Shown: positions 52,942 through 62,597 of the stretch, piece after piece | Layout of the letters: the number at the start of each line of letters is the position of its first letter | Numbering within the stretch: the first letter of the stretch is position 1 | DNA from: Halopseudomonas xinjiangensis | GTDB lineage: Bacteria > Pseudomonadota > Gammaproteobacteria > Pseudomonadales > Pseudomonadaceae | Direction: 5' to 3' | Assembly (NCBI GenBank): GCA_011050525.1 | Contig: DRFO01000015.1 | Span: forward strand, 8,112-72,111 | Length of the DNA: 64,000 nt | Program-made: the position numbers and the translations under genes | Notes under the pieces: generated by a model | Seen by the model: the letters and a program-made list of their open reading frames with translations, nothing else | What the model was told of the DNA's origin: nothing | The model's database searches: none

Positions 52942-54320
52942 CAGTCAGCCTGCGCACGGGGTTTGCGTTTCCGCCGGTTGCGGTTGCGCTTTGGGCCGGC
53001 GGCTCCATCGCCCAGATCCCTGATCATGGCGCGGCGTTGATCGTCGGACGCATCCTGGTAACGGGTCCACCAGCTACCAAGGCCGTCAGTCTGTTCGCCT
53101 GCGGCTTCGCGCAGCAGTAGAAAATCATAGGCGGCTCTGAAGCGCGGATGTTCCAGCATCTGGTCGGCGCGCCGCCCGGTACGACGCTCGAGACGAGGCT
53201 GCAGGTCCCAGATCTCACGCAGCGGTATGCTGAATCGCTTGGGTATGGCGGTATGGCGGCATTGCTCGGAGAGCAATTCCTGGGCGGCCTGCTGATGGGC
53301 CGGGATGCTTGGAATGCCTCGGCCCTCAAGCTCCTTTACCCGCTGGGGCAAAGCTGGCCACAGCATTGCCGCGAACAGAAATGCGGGTGTTACCGGGCGC
53401 CCTTCGTTGATGCGCTCGTCGGTATTGCGCAGTGCCTGGCGCACCAGCATCAAGGTGTAGTCGGGGTCTGCTTCAATGGCTTCGTCGGTATCGGGAAATA
53501 ACGGCGCGAAAAGGTCGTGATGGTGCAAAAGATCAAAGGTTCGCTCGCCCTGTCCGCTCATGAGCAGCTTGAGCGTTTCGTCGAACAGCCGGGCCGAGGG
53601 AATGTCATGCAGTAACTCGGCCATTTCTGGAAGTGGCGCCGCGCTGTGCGGCTCTATCTCGAAGCCGAGCTTGGCAGCAAAACGCACTGCACGAAGCATC
53701 CGCACCGGATCTTCCAGGTAGCGCTGCGCGGGATTTCCGATCAGGCGGATCTGGCGGTTGCGTATGTCATGGAGCCCGTTGGCGAAATCATGGATATGCC
53801 CACTTCGCACGTCGTAATAAAGAGAATTGATCGTAAAGTCACGACGCTGGGCGTCCTGCTCCAGAGTCCCGTAGACATTGTCACGGAGCAAGCGGCCCGA
53901 TTCACTTTGCCTCGAGTGCTCGTCGCTCTGGACTTCGCCGTCTTCGGTCTCTTCTCCGTGGCTGGCTCGGAAGGTAGCTACTTCGATTATTTCCCGACCG
54001 AAATGCACATGGACCAATTTGAAGCGCCGACCGATCAGCCGCGCATTGCGAAACGTTGCTCGCACCTGCTCGGGAGTAGCGCTGGTCGCTATGTCAAAAT
54101 CTTTGGGAGTAATGTCGAGCAACAGATCACGTACGCAGCCGCCTACCGCGAAGGCTTCGTAGCCAGCCTGCTGCAACCGGTCCACCACGCTCACCGCATT
54201 TCGGCTGAGTCGTTCCCGGCTCAAGCTGTGCTGGCTGGCGGGAATGACTGCAGGAGTAGTTCGCCTATGGGCAGGTCGGCCGAAAGGATAAGGAATCTTT
54301 TGCAGCAACTTTCGAATCAT
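52941..54320 (-). CDS. pcnB: Poly(A) polymerase I
   Basis: The ORF is open to a GTG at 54395. The ATG at 54320 (MIRKLLQKI...) looks more plausible. Motifs are GGCVRDLLL, DFDIAT and RRDFTINSLYY. Confidence 0.93.
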   Translation of the reverse strand: MIRKLLQKIPYPFGRPAHRRTTPAVIPASQHSLSRERLSRNAVSVVDRLQQAGYEAFAVGGCVRDLLLDITPKDFDIATSATPEQVRATFRNARLIGRRFKLVHVHFGREIIEVATFRASHGEETEDGEVQSDEHSRQSESGRLLRDNVYGTLEQDAQRRDFTINSLYYDVRSGHIHDFANGLHDIRNRQIRLIGNPAQRYLEDPVRMLRAVRFAAKLGFEIEPHSAAPLPEMAELLHDIPSARLFDETLKLLMSGQGERTFDLLHHHDLFAPLFPDTDEAIEADPDYTLMLVRQALRNTDERINEGRPVTPAFLFAAMLWPALPQRVKELEGRGIPSIPAHQQAAQELLSEQCRHTAIPKRFSIPLREIWDLQPRLERRTGRRADQMLEHPRFRAAYDFLLLREAAGEQTDGLGSWWTRYQDASDDQRRAMIRDLGDGAAGPKRNRNRRKRKPRAQAD

Positions 54321-54514
54321 ATGAGCAGGCTTTCCACCGGCATATTCCAGTCCAAGCCGAGGCTTTGACACAGGATGAATGTCATGGGCAATCACTGCAG
54401 GTCCGCTATAGGCTGATCAAATCAGTCGGGGCTATCCGGAATCGGACAAACAGTCTTGCATTATCAAACAGGGGGGTATTCTAGCGTGAAGATGAGGGAA
54501 TTGTAAGGAAGGGG

Positions 54515-54875
54515 ATAAAGCTCAAGGGGAGTAGACACTCCCCCTAATGGTGGTTTTATTATTATTGTTTTATCGAGCTGTTTTTGTTTTTAGGCATAGG
54601 CGACAGAGTCGCCTTATGATCTACCCATCCCGGGTTATCTAAAAACAAACGGATTGCTTTGGAAGCTCAGACACGACTGGCATTTTCATGCTTAGGACTG
54701 GCGGGTTGCTTAGGCAACTTTTATTTTTCTCTTGTATCCATTCGAACAATTCGTTCGCAAGTCGAACCACATTCTCCAAAAAAATCAGTTTGCTACGCCC
54801 GCACGTTTTGTTTTTATTAGATGTGGAGCCAATGTTGTTTTTATTATTAGTTACTGGTTTTTATTGTTGTTGTAC
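54515..54875 (-). ncRNA. crcZ: CrcZ-type Hfq/Crc-sequestering sRNA; the ends are approximate
   Basis: It occupies the cbrB-pcnB intergenic position and has a sigma54 promoter just upstream. Six A-rich AAnAAnAA-like tracts lie on the minus strand: ACAACAACAATAAAAACC, AATAATAAAAACAACA, AATAAAAACAAAAC, AGAAAAATAAAAG, CTAAAAACAAAAAC and TAAAACAATAATAATAAAACC. A terminal hairpin GGGGAGT-gtct-ACTCCCC (54526-54543) is followed by TTGAGCTTTAT. Confidence 0.75.
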
Positions 54876-54884
54876 CAGATATAT

Positions 54885-54900
54885 AGCATTTGCCGTGCCA
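54885..54900 (-). promoter_or_regulatory. Sigma54 (-24/-12) promoter of crcZ
   Basis: The minus strand reads TGGCACGGCAAATGCT, with GG and GC at the canonical spacing. Confidence 0.7.
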
Positions 54901-54973
54901 TGTTTTAAATAATATTTAAAATCAAAGAGTTACGTATTTCGGTCAAGCGGGATGGACGCTATGAAAGTGGATT

Positions 54974-55057
54974 CGTTACCTATCAACCCGTCCTGGTGTT
55001 ACGGCTGTTCCGGCAGGGGTAACAGTTTTAAGGGTGCATCGAGGTAACGAGGTAACA
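54974..55057. promoter_or_regulatory. Candidate CbrB upstream activating sequence made of nested GTTAC/GTAAC half-sites
   Basis: TGTTAC (54997-55002), a 16-nt spacer, then GTAACA (55019-55024). Extra half-sites are CGTTAC (54974-54979), GTAACG (55044-55049) and GTAACA (55052-55057). The cluster lies about 100-150 nt upstream of the sigma54 promoter. Confidence 0.5.
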
Positions 55058-55091
55058 CATCTCCCGAAGGCTGGCGCCCTGGGGAGGGTAG

Positions 55092-56516
55092 TCAGGAGTT
55101 GGCAGTTTTCTTACGTGGTATGCCCAGCCGCTGCCGGCGCTCCCACAGGCATTTCCGACTGATGCCCAATTTGTTCGCCAATTCCGTTTCGGTCATATGC
55201 TCCTGATGCTCGAGAACGAAGTGCTGAAAATAATCCTCCAGCGACAGATCCTCGGTCGGTTCCTGGCTGCTGCTATCGGGGTGACGCATGGTCTCCAGCG
55301 CGCTCGCAGCCTCAGAGGCTCGCTCATATTCCGCGTCCAGCTCTATGCCGAGCAAATCAACCGATATTTCGTCCTCGTCGCAGAGGATCGCCGCCCGTTC
55401 TATCGCATTCTCCAGCTCGCGAACGTTGCCCGGCCAGGGATAGAGACGGATGGAATCAGCGGCTCGGGGATTGAAGTGCAGGCCGGCTATGTTCATTTTT
55501 CCAGCTGCGCGCTTGAGCAATGCTTCAGCGATCAGCATGACGTCTTCGCCGCGCTCGCGTAGCGGCGGCAGGCGCAGTTCGATTACGTTTAGACGATAGT
55601 ACAGGTCCTCCCGGAACAGCCCCTGGCGTGCCAGCGTTTTCAGGTCGCGGTGGGTGGCAGCCACCAGCCGTACATCGACCTTGTGCGACTGTACCGATCC
55701 GACCCGCCGTATCTCACCCTCCTGCAGAACACGCAGCAGGCGTGCCTGCGCTTCCAGCGGCAACTCACCTATCTCGTCCAGAAACAGCGTGCCGCCATCG
55801 GCGGCTTCAACCAGCCCCGTGCGTCCTGCCGTAGCGCCGGTGAAGGAGCCCTTTTCATGACCGAACAATTCGGATTCAATCAAGGTTTCTGGAATCGCTG
55901 CACAATTCACCGAGATCATCGGTGCTTTAACGCGTGGGGAGTTTTCGTGCAATGCCCGCGCGACCAGCTCTTTGCCGGTTCCTGATTCGCCCTGAATCAG
56001 GACGGTCGAGTTGGTTGGCGCAACCTTGTTGATCCGCTTGAACAGAGTCTGCATTGCGGGGCTGGACCCGATGATGCCCATATCGTTGCCCGTCGCGATC
56101 GTGTTGCTAATCACCGGCCGGGGGGGCGTGGGCTCGACGGTGGCGCCCTGGGCGGCGCGGCGTAGATTGTGGTCCTGAATGATCCTGGCCACGGCCTGCA
56201 GCATTTCATCGTGGTCGAAGGGCTTGGCGATGTAATCAACGGCCCCCAGCTTCATGGAGTCTACCGCCGAGCGCAGGCTGGCATAGCTGGTCATGATCAG
56301 TACCGGGGTGTCCGGTGCCTTGCGAATGAGTTCGGTGCCCGGCTCACCAGGCAGGCGCAGGTCGCTGATGATCAGATCGAAGTCGCTGAACTTGAACCGT
56401 TCCACTGCCTCGTGAACGGCTCCCGCTTCGCTGACCTGGTATTGGTGGCGCTCCAGCAGCCGCCGCAATGCGGAGCGGATGATGGCTTCGTCTTCAACAA
56501 CCAGAATATGTGACAT
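55092..56516 (-). CDS. cbrB: Sigma54-dependent response regulator, NtrC family (CbrB)
   Basis: 474 aa with a receiver domain ([11 protein letters not shown]), an AAA+ domain ([23 protein letters not shown]) and a C-terminal HTH. It lies downstream of cbrA and upstream of crcZ. Confidence 0.88.
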   Translation of the reverse strand: MSHILVVEDEAIIRSALRRLLERHQYQVSEAGAVHEAVERFKFSDFDLIISDLRLPGEPGTELIRKAPDTPVLIMTSYASLRSAVDSMKLGAVDYIAKPFDHDEMLQAVARIIQDHNLRRAAQGATVEPTPPRPVISNTIATGNDMGIIGSSPAMQTLFKRINKVAPTNSTVLIQGESGTGKELVARALHENSPRVKAPMISVNCAAIPETLIESELFGHEKGSFTGATAGRTGLVEAADGGTLFLDEIGELPLEAQARLLRVLQEGEIRRVGSVQSHKVDVRLVAATHRDLKTLARQGLFREDLYYRLNVIELRLPPLRERGEDVMLIAEALLKRAAGKMNIAGLHFNPRAADSIRLYPWPGNVRELENAIERAAILCDEDEISVDLLGIELDAEYERASEAASALETMRHPDSSSQEPTEDLSLEDYFQHFVLEHQEHMTETELANKLGISRKCLWERRQRLGIPRKKTANS

Positions 56517-56549
56517 AACTACCTCATGCGGTGACGATGCCTGATGCTG

Positions 56550-59492
56550 TCAGGCGGTGCCACCGTTACCTGTAACACTGTAGCGGGGGAGGGTGATGGT
56601 AAACCGGGTCCCCCGCATGGTTGTCTGATCCGTGGGGCTGTCTATGGTTATCTGTCCATAATGCTCTTCGATAATCGAGTAGACCAGTGCCAATCCGAGC
56701 CCGGTACCTGTCCCTGGCTCCTTGGTAGTGAAGAACGGCTCGAACAGGCGATCCATGATCCCCTTGTCTACTCCGCTGCCTTGGTCTTCTACCGTGAGCA
56801 GGACCTGATGCTCATCCTGTACGGTTTTTATTGTGATGGTGTCGCCGTTCATGCTGGCGTCGCGAGCGTTACCTAAAAGGTTGATCAGAACCTGCACCAG
56901 TCGTTGATCGTCGCCGGCGGCCAAGTGTTCTGAATCACAGAGGTTAACATATCTAACTTCCGGGCCCTTACGATTCAGTGAAAGAAGATGTATCGCTTCA
57001 TTGGTGCACGCGGCGAGATCGACCTCGTCGTTGGGGTTGTTGTGACGGCTGCCGACATGGGCGAAGTTCACCATCGACTGGACGATACGAGAAACCCTGC
57101 GCGTCTGCTCGAGAACCTGCTCGGCCATCTCCCGAGCCTCTGGCTGGTCGGATTCTTCGCGAAGGTTCTGTGCCAGACAGGCAATGCCGGTAATGGGATT
57201 GCCGATTTCATGGGCCACGCCAGCAGCAAGCCGGCCGATGGAGGCCAGGCGCTCGGAATGAATGAGCTCGTCTTCCAGCATCTGGGTTTCGGTCTGGTCT
57301 TCGATCAGTAACACCAGACCGCTACCAACATTGCCCGGTTCGTCAATGGCTGCCTTGTGCAGATTCAGCCATTGCGTGTGCCCGTTTACCAGCAGCTTCT
57401 GTTTGTGCAAGTGCGCAGACTGGTCCTCGACGAAGTGCTCCAATAGTGAGTTCCAGGGCTCGGGCAGGCTGCCAAGGCGCGAACCGATGACGTTGTCGGC
57501 GGTGATGCCGGTCAGGGCCTGCATCGCGCGATTCCACATTAATACTTCGTTGTCCTTGGCCAGCGAGCAGACGCCCATCGGCAGGTCCTGCAGTGTTTGC
57601 CGGTGATACCGGCGCAGGGCATCCAGTTCAGCGGCCAGGCCGGTGAGGCGCGAGTGGTAGTCTTCGAGGCGATTCTCGATGAAATGGATGTCCTGAGTGA
57701 CGTAGCCATCCCGGGCGAGTTTGAAGGGCAGGAAGGTTTCGATCATTTCCTGGGCAACGGCGGGTCCCATAAGGCCGGAGAGATTGGCCTCAAGTCGATC
57801 ACGCAGGCGTCTCAAGGCATAGGGACGGCGCTCGTCGAAGGGTAACTGGAGGTCGCTAAGCGCCTGTTCAACCTCCTGTTGCGCCGTCTTGTTGCCCAAT
57901 GGTTTGGCTAGCTGCTGGGCAAATTCCTGTGGTGAATTGGCGATAAGTTCCAAACGTTGGGTGCGGCTGACGTTGTCTACTGAGCAGGCTTCAGCAGCGC
58001 CCCTTTCTTCGCTGGATCGCTGGGTGAACAAAGACACCAGCGTGAATACCACTATGTTGGCAGCTAGCGAGGCGATTGCCGCAAAGTGCCAGGTATCTTC
58101 ATTAAAGTTCAGGGCCAACCCGAAAAACAGCAGACTCTGGGTGTCGGTAACCAGAGGCAACAGCAAAGTGATAGCCCAGACGGCCATGCCGGTGATGAGA
58201 CCGCCGATAAAGCCCCGGCGGTTGGCTTGTGGCCAATACAGCACCGACAGGGCACCAGGCAGGAACTGGACGGTGGCAACGAAGGAGGCGATGCCCAGGT
58301 TCGCCAGATCCTGCTCGGCTCCAAGCAGACGGTAAAAGCCGTAGCTGGCCATGATGATTGCAGCGATCAGGCTGCGACGGGTCCAGCGCAGCCATCGATA
58401 GATGTTGTTTTCGGCGCTGGGCTGATACACCGGTAGCACCAGATGATTGAGTACCATGCCTGAAAGCGCCAGGGTGACAACGATGATCAGCCCGCTGGAG
58501 GCTGAGAGGCCGCCGATATAGGCGAGCAATGTCAGCCAGTCGGCGCCCGCCGCCACACCCAGCCCGAGCGTGAAATATTCAGGATTGGTTGACACGTTGA
58601 GATGCAGGCCCGCCCAGAGAATCGGTGGTACAGCCAGGCTCATCAACAGAAGAAATAGCGGCAACCCCCAACTGGCGGTGGCGAGAGCTCTGGGGTTGAG
58701 ATTTTCGGCGAACGCCATGTGATACATGTGCGGCATGACGATTGCGGCGGCAAAAAATACCAGCAGCAGCGTGCGCCAGGGGCCTTCCTGCAAGGGTGTG
58801 TGCAGGGTCTTGAGGGCTTGCTGATTGCTTGCTAGCCAGGCATCCAGCCCGCTAGGACCGTCAAACACCACAAACAAGGCGTAGAGTCCGACCGCCCCGA
58901 TAGCGATGAGCTTGACCAGAGACTCGAAGGCAATGGCCATTACCAAGCCTTCATGCTTTTCTCGGGTAGAGATATGCCTGGCACCAAACAGAATGGCAAA
59001 GAGCGTGATCAATATGCAGAACCCCAGAGCCACCCAGTGCCGCGTGGGATCGTGCGTAAGGATCTGCACTGAATCCGCGACCGCCTGGATCTGCAGGGCC
59101 AGCAGCGGCAGAACGCCAATCAGCATCAGCACAGTTGTCAGCGTGCCGGCCCAGGTACTGCGAAACCGGAAGGCGAACAGATCCGCCAGGGATGATAGCT
59201 GGTAGGTGCGGGTGATGCGCAGGATAGGATTAAGCAGCACCGGCGCAAGCAGAAAGGCGCCGCATATGCCCAGGTAATAGGTGAGAAAGCCATAGCCATA
59301 TTCGTAGGCCAGGCCGACGGTGCCGTAGAAAGCCCAGGCACTGGCATAAACCCCGAGCGACAGCGTGTAGATCGCCGGATGTCGTAGCAAGCCTTGAGGC
59401 AGCACGCCTCGCTCGGTTATCCAGGCGACACCGAACAGCGTCAGGAGATAAAACACGCTGATAAGGACCAGCAGACTCAGGTCAAAGCTCAT
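56550..59492 (-). CDS. cbrA: Hybrid SLC5 (sodium/solute symporter)-domain sensor histidine kinase CbrA
   Basis: 980 aa with an N-terminal region of about 13 transmembrane helices resembling a symporter, a PAS region, an H-box (HEIGNPITGI) and a HATPase domain (GTGLGLALV). Confidence 0.88.
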   Translation of the reverse strand: MSFDLSLLVLISVFYLLTLFGVAWITERGVLPQGLLRHPAIYTLSLGVYASAWAFYGTVGLAYEYGYGFLTYYLGICGAFLLAPVLLNPILRITRTYQLSSLADLFAFRFRSTWAGTLTTVLMLIGVLPLLALQIQAVADSVQILTHDPTRHWVALGFCILITLFAILFGARHISTREKHEGLVMAIAFESLVKLIAIGAVGLYALFVVFDGPSGLDAWLASNQQALKTLHTPLQEGPWRTLLLVFFAAAIVMPHMYHMAFAENLNPRALATASWGLPLFLLLMSLAVPPILWAGLHLNVSTNPEYFTLGLGVAAGADWLTLLAYIGGLSASSGLIIVVTLALSGMVLNHLVLPVYQPSAENNIYRWLRWTRRSLIAAIIMASYGFYRLLGAEQDLANLGIASFVATVQFLPGALSVLYWPQANRRGFIGGLITGMAVWAITLLLPLVTDTQSLLFFGLALNFNEDTWHFAAIASLAANIVVFTLVSLFTQRSSEERGAAEACSVDNVSRTQRLELIANSPQEFAQQLAKPLGNKTAQQEVEQALSDLQLPFDERRPYALRRLRDRLEANLSGLMGPAVAQEMIETFLPFKLARDGYVTQDIHFIENRLEDYHSRLTGLAAELDALRRYHRQTLQDLPMGVCSLAKDNEVLMWNRAMQALTGITADNVIGSRLGSLPEPWNSLLEHFVEDQSAHLHKQKLLVNGHTQWLNLHKAAIDEPGNVGSGLVLLIEDQTETQMLEDELIHSERLASIGRLAAGVAHEIGNPITGIACLAQNLREESDQPEAREMAEQVLEQTRRVSRIVQSMVNFAHVGSRHNNPNDEVDLAACTNEAIHLLSLNRKGPEVRYVNLCDSEHLAAGDDQRLVQVLINLLGNARDASMNGDTITIKTVQDEHQVLLTVEDQGSGVDKGIMDRLFEPFFTTKEPGTGTGLGLALVYSIIEEHYGQITIDSPTDQTTMRGTRFTITLPRYSVTGNGGTA

Positions 59493-59658
59493 CGGCGTCC
59501 TTGGGATTCTGTAAGAGCATGCCGGCGATAATGAGGATCAGCCAGAGCACATAGGGGCGATACCAGGCGCCCAGCGGTTCTATCCACCAGTCCATGATCG
59601 CTGGAGAGAACAGGTAGATTCCAATGACCAGCAGCAGTACCAGTCGGTAAATATACAT
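59482..59658 (-). CDS. cbrX: 58-codon hydrophobic ORF overlapping the cbrA start (cbrX-like); below the ORF-track size cutoff
   Basis: My hand translation is MYIYRLVLLLVIGIYLFSPAIMDWWIEPLGAWYRPYVLWLILIIAGMLLQNPKDADEL. GGAAG lies 4 nt upstream of the ATG. The TGA stop (59482-59484) lies 11 nt inside cbrA. Confidence 0.6.
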   Translation of the reverse strand: MYIYRLVLLLVIGIYLFSPAIMDWWIEPLGAWYRPYVLWLILIIAGMLLQNPKDADEL

Positions 59659-59758
59659 GGCGCTTCCGTATCGTTATTGCGCCGGCCCGCGATGATTCAT
59701 AGGTGGCCCGGTGCCAAAGAGTTGAGTGATGGTAATCAGGCTGGGCGGGCTTGCCAAG

Positions 59759-60655
59759 TCAAGCCTGGGGCAGGGTGCTCTCAAGCAACTGCAACGCAGC
59801 CGGCAAGCGTTCCGGGCTCCAGTTGTTCGACGCCCAGGCGAGCTGTTCACCGACCGGCGCATTGCGCAAGTCGGCCGGTGGTTCTTGGGCCAGGGCGGCG
59901 ATCGCCTTGAATAGCGTTGCAGGCGCCATGGAGGTGTCTATAGGAGGCGATGCCAGCCGTTTGCTCAGCTTTTCACCCTGCTGGCGCATCACCAATGGAA
60001 TATGCAAATAACGCGGCGGTTCAGACTTTAAAAGTTGGTATAGCCAGAGTTGCCGGGGCGTGGAGTCGATCAGGTCGGCACCACGAACGATATCCGTCAC
60101 GCCTTGGGCTATGTCGTCTATTACCACCGCAAGCTGGTAGGCGATAACGCCGTCTCGACGTTTAACCACAAAGTCGCCCACCTCGGCCGCCAGGCGCTGA
60201 CCGAAATAACCCTGGAGCCTGTCGGTAAAGCAAATCTCATGTTGTGGCGCCTGTACTCTCACGGCATGGGTGTGCGCGAATGGCAAATGCCGATTGCGGC
60301 AGGTCCCGGGGTACACCCCGCCGTGCTTGGCGATGTGCTGACGGGAGCAATCGCAATAGTAAGCCAGCCCGCTGTCCAGCCAGTTATCTATCACCTGCTG
60401 GTACAGCGCCACGCGCTGATTTTGCCGGATCACCTCTCCGTCCCAGACCATTCCATAGGCTTCGAGGGTTCTGAGAATATGGTCGGTCGCGCCGGGCACG
60501 CAGCGCGGCTGATCCAGATCTTCCACTCGCAGCAACCAGCTACCGGCATGACTGCGCGCGTCGAGATAACTGGCTAGCGCTGCGAGCAGGGAGCCGAAAT
60601 GGAGGTGACCGCTGGGAGTCGGGGCGAAACGCCCGATGTACGGCTGAGGATGCAT
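59759..60655 (-). CDS. gluQ: tRNA glutamyl-Q(34) synthetase (GluQRS/YadB)
   Basis: 298 aa containing GRFAPTPSGHLHFGSL and KLSKR; it is truncated relative to GluRS. Confidence 0.9.
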   Translation of the reverse strand: MHPQPYIGRFAPTPSGHLHFGSLLAALASYLDARSHAGSWLLRVEDLDQPRCVPGATDHILRTLEAYGMVWDGEVIRQNQRVALYQQVIDNWLDSGLAYYCDCSRQHIAKHGGVYPGTCRNRHLPFAHTHAVRVQAPQHEICFTDRLQGYFGQRLAAEVGDFVVKRRDGVIAYQLAVVIDDIAQGVTDIVRGADLIDSTPRQLWLYQLLKSEPPRYLHIPLVMRQQGEKLSKRLASPPIDTSMAPATLFKAIAALAQEPPADLRNAPVGEQLAWASNNWSPERLPAALQLLESTLPQA

Positions 60656-60740
60656 GACGGCCGTGCCTATGGCGTTGGCGTAACGCTGCTGCGGGCGTGG
60701 TCGATCAGTGCGACGCCGCCCGCGTCAGCAGCCGGTGGAC

Positions 60741-61184
60741 TTAGCCGCCGATCTGCTTTTCCTTGATCTCGGCAAGGGTCTTGCAATCGATGCACAGGGT
60801 CGCGGTCGGACGCGCCTCAAGACGCCGAATACCGATCTCGACACCACAGGAATCGCAGAAGCCGTAATCGTCTTCTTCGATACGCTGCAGGGTCTGATCT
60901 ATCTTCTTGATCAGCTTGCGTTCGCGATCACGGGCGCGCAATTCCAGGCTGAACTCTTCTTCCTGGCTGGCGCGGTCAGCCGGATCCGGGAAGTTGGCGG
61001 CCTCATCCTGCATGTGATGCACGGTGCGGTCCACTTCTTCCATCAGTTCCTTTTTCCAGGAATTGAGGATTCCGGCAAAATGATCGAGCTGTTGCTCGTT
61101 CATGTATTCCTCGCCTTTCTTTTCCTTATAAGGAACAAAGCCGCGGATCAACTGGGAACTCTTTTGTTTGGCATTGCTGGGCAT
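60741..61184 (-). CDS. dksA: RNA polymerase-binding transcription factor DksA
   Basis: The ATG at 61184 gives 147 aa with the acidic coiled-coil tip [12 protein letters not shown] and a Cys4 zinc finger (CDSCG...CIDC). Confidence 0.95.
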   Translation of the reverse strand: MPSNAKQKSSQLIRGFVPYKEKKGEEYMNEQQLDHFAGILNSWKKELMEEVDRTVHHMQDEAANFPDPADRASQEEEFSLELRARDRERKLIKKIDQTLQRIEEDDYGFCDSCGVEIGIRRLEARPTATLCIDCKTLAEIKEKQIGG

Positions 61185-61418
61185 GAGAACCGCCTCACTT
61201 TTTGCTCGATCATTCTGTGCCAGGTTGCCACCGCATCTGTCCTTGTGAAGGCGGCCGGTGGCTTGCAAGCGGGCAAAACTACCAGAACCGTGCTCGCCGC
61301 GCTACTGTTTGCCGCTATATGGATAGCGGCCACCTCTGGCCGGCGTTCAAACAGGCTGTTCTGCCGGGGCGCTGAAGGTATCATCACGCATTGCCAACTG
61401 GTATTCAGGAGTCTACCA

Positions 61419-62597
61419 ATGCAACAACCGCGCTGGGCTAAACGCGCCCAGGACATACAGCCTTTCCATGTCATGGCGGTGTTGGCGCGAGCCAAGGCGC
61501 TGGAAGCTCAAGGCCGGGACGTCATCCATATGGAAATAGGTGAGCCTGATTTCACCACGCCTGACCCGATAATACGGGCTGGTCAGGCAGCGTTGGCCAA
61601 CGGGCATACCGGTTATACGTCTGCGTTGGGTTTGACAGCATTGCGTGAAGCGGTTGCCGGCTTATATGCCAAACGCTATGGGATTGACCTGGACCCACGT
61701 CGAGTCGTTATTACCCCGGGAGGATCAGCCGCGTTACTGTTGATCAGTGCCCTGCTGGTGGAGGCAGGGCAGAACGTGTTGATGGCTGATCCTGCCTATC
61801 CCTGCAACCGCCATTTTCTTCGGTTGGTTGAAGGCCAGGCCAAATTGATTCCGGCCGGCGCCGACACTGCCTATCAGCTGACGCCCCAAGCCATCGAACA
61901 CCATTGGGATGTTAACTCGGTGGCTGTTCTAGCCGCTTCGCCTTCCAATCCTACCGGGACGCTGCTCGACCGGGATCAGCTGAAAGCTATCGCTGAAGTA
62001 ACCAGGCGGTTGGGCGGTCATTTGATTGTCGATGAAATCTACCACGGGCTGACCTATTCGAGGGATGCGACCTCGGCGCTGGAAGTATCGCCGGATGCCT
62101 TCGTCCTGAATAGTTTCTCCAAGTATTTTGGCATGACCGGGTGGCGGCTTGGCTGGCTGGTTGCGCCTGAGGAGGCGGTGCCGGAGCTGGAGAAACTGGC
62201 GCAGAATTTGTATATCTGTGCGCCTCACATGGCGCAGGTAGCAGCGTTGGCTGCGTTTGAAGAGGAAAGTCTGGCCATTTGCGAGGTGCGCCGCGAGGCT
62301 TTTCAGGTGCGTCGGGACTTTCTGCTCCCAGCCGTCCGCGAGCTGGGCTTCGACATTCCGATAACGCCTGACGGAGCGTTCTATCTTTACGCAGATATGC
62401 GTAAATTGGGTGGCGACAGCGCAGCCCTGTGTCGCCATCTGATAGAGACCGAGCATGTGGCCATAACGCCTGGTTTGGATTTTGGACATCATCGCGCCGA
62501 CCAGCATGTGCGTTTCGCCTATACCACCTCCCTGGAACGCCTGGAGCAGGCAGTCGACAGGCTTGCCAGGGGTTTGCGGCAGTGGCCTGCATGCTGA
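61419..62597 (+). CDS. Pyridoxal-phosphate-dependent aminotransferase, class I
   Basis: The ATG at 61419 follows CAGGAG and gives 392 aa containing NPTGT and the PLP lysine in SFSKYFGMTGWRLGW. The upstream part of track ORF 60708..62597 is antisense to dksA. Confidence 0.9.
   Translation: MQQPRWAKRAQDIQPFHVMAVLARAKALEAQGRDVIHMEIGEPDFTTPDPIIRAGQAALANGHTGYTSALGLTALREAVAGLYAKRYGIDLDPRRVVITPGGSAALLLISALLVEAGQNVLMADPAYPCNRHFLRLVEGQAKLIPAGADTAYQLTPQAIEHHWDVNSVAVLAASPSNPTGTLLDRDQLKAIAEVTRRLGGHLIVDEIYHGLTYSRDATSALEVSPDAFVLNSFSKYFGMTGWRLGWLVAPEEAVPELEKLAQNLYICAPHMAQVAALAAFEEESLAICEVRREAFQVRRDFLLPAVRELGFDIPITPDGAFYLYADMRKLGGDSAALCRHLIETEHVAITPGLDFGHHRADQHVRFAYTTSLERLEQAVDRLARGLRQWPAC

Noticed and set aside
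54688-54912. A 74-aa Phe/Leu/Cys-rich ORF on the plus strand in the cbrB-pcnB gap.
   Set aside because: It is the complement of the A-rich CrcZ tracts, so poly-T codons give Phe and Leu. It has no ribosome-binding site, and the sRNA interpretation explains the region better.
60708-61418. The N-terminal 237 codons of the 629-aa ORF 60708..62597.
   Set aside because: This part runs antisense to dksA and has low-complexity, Ala/Leu-rich composition. The aminotransferase homology begins at the ATG at 61419, which has a CAGGAG ribosome-binding site.
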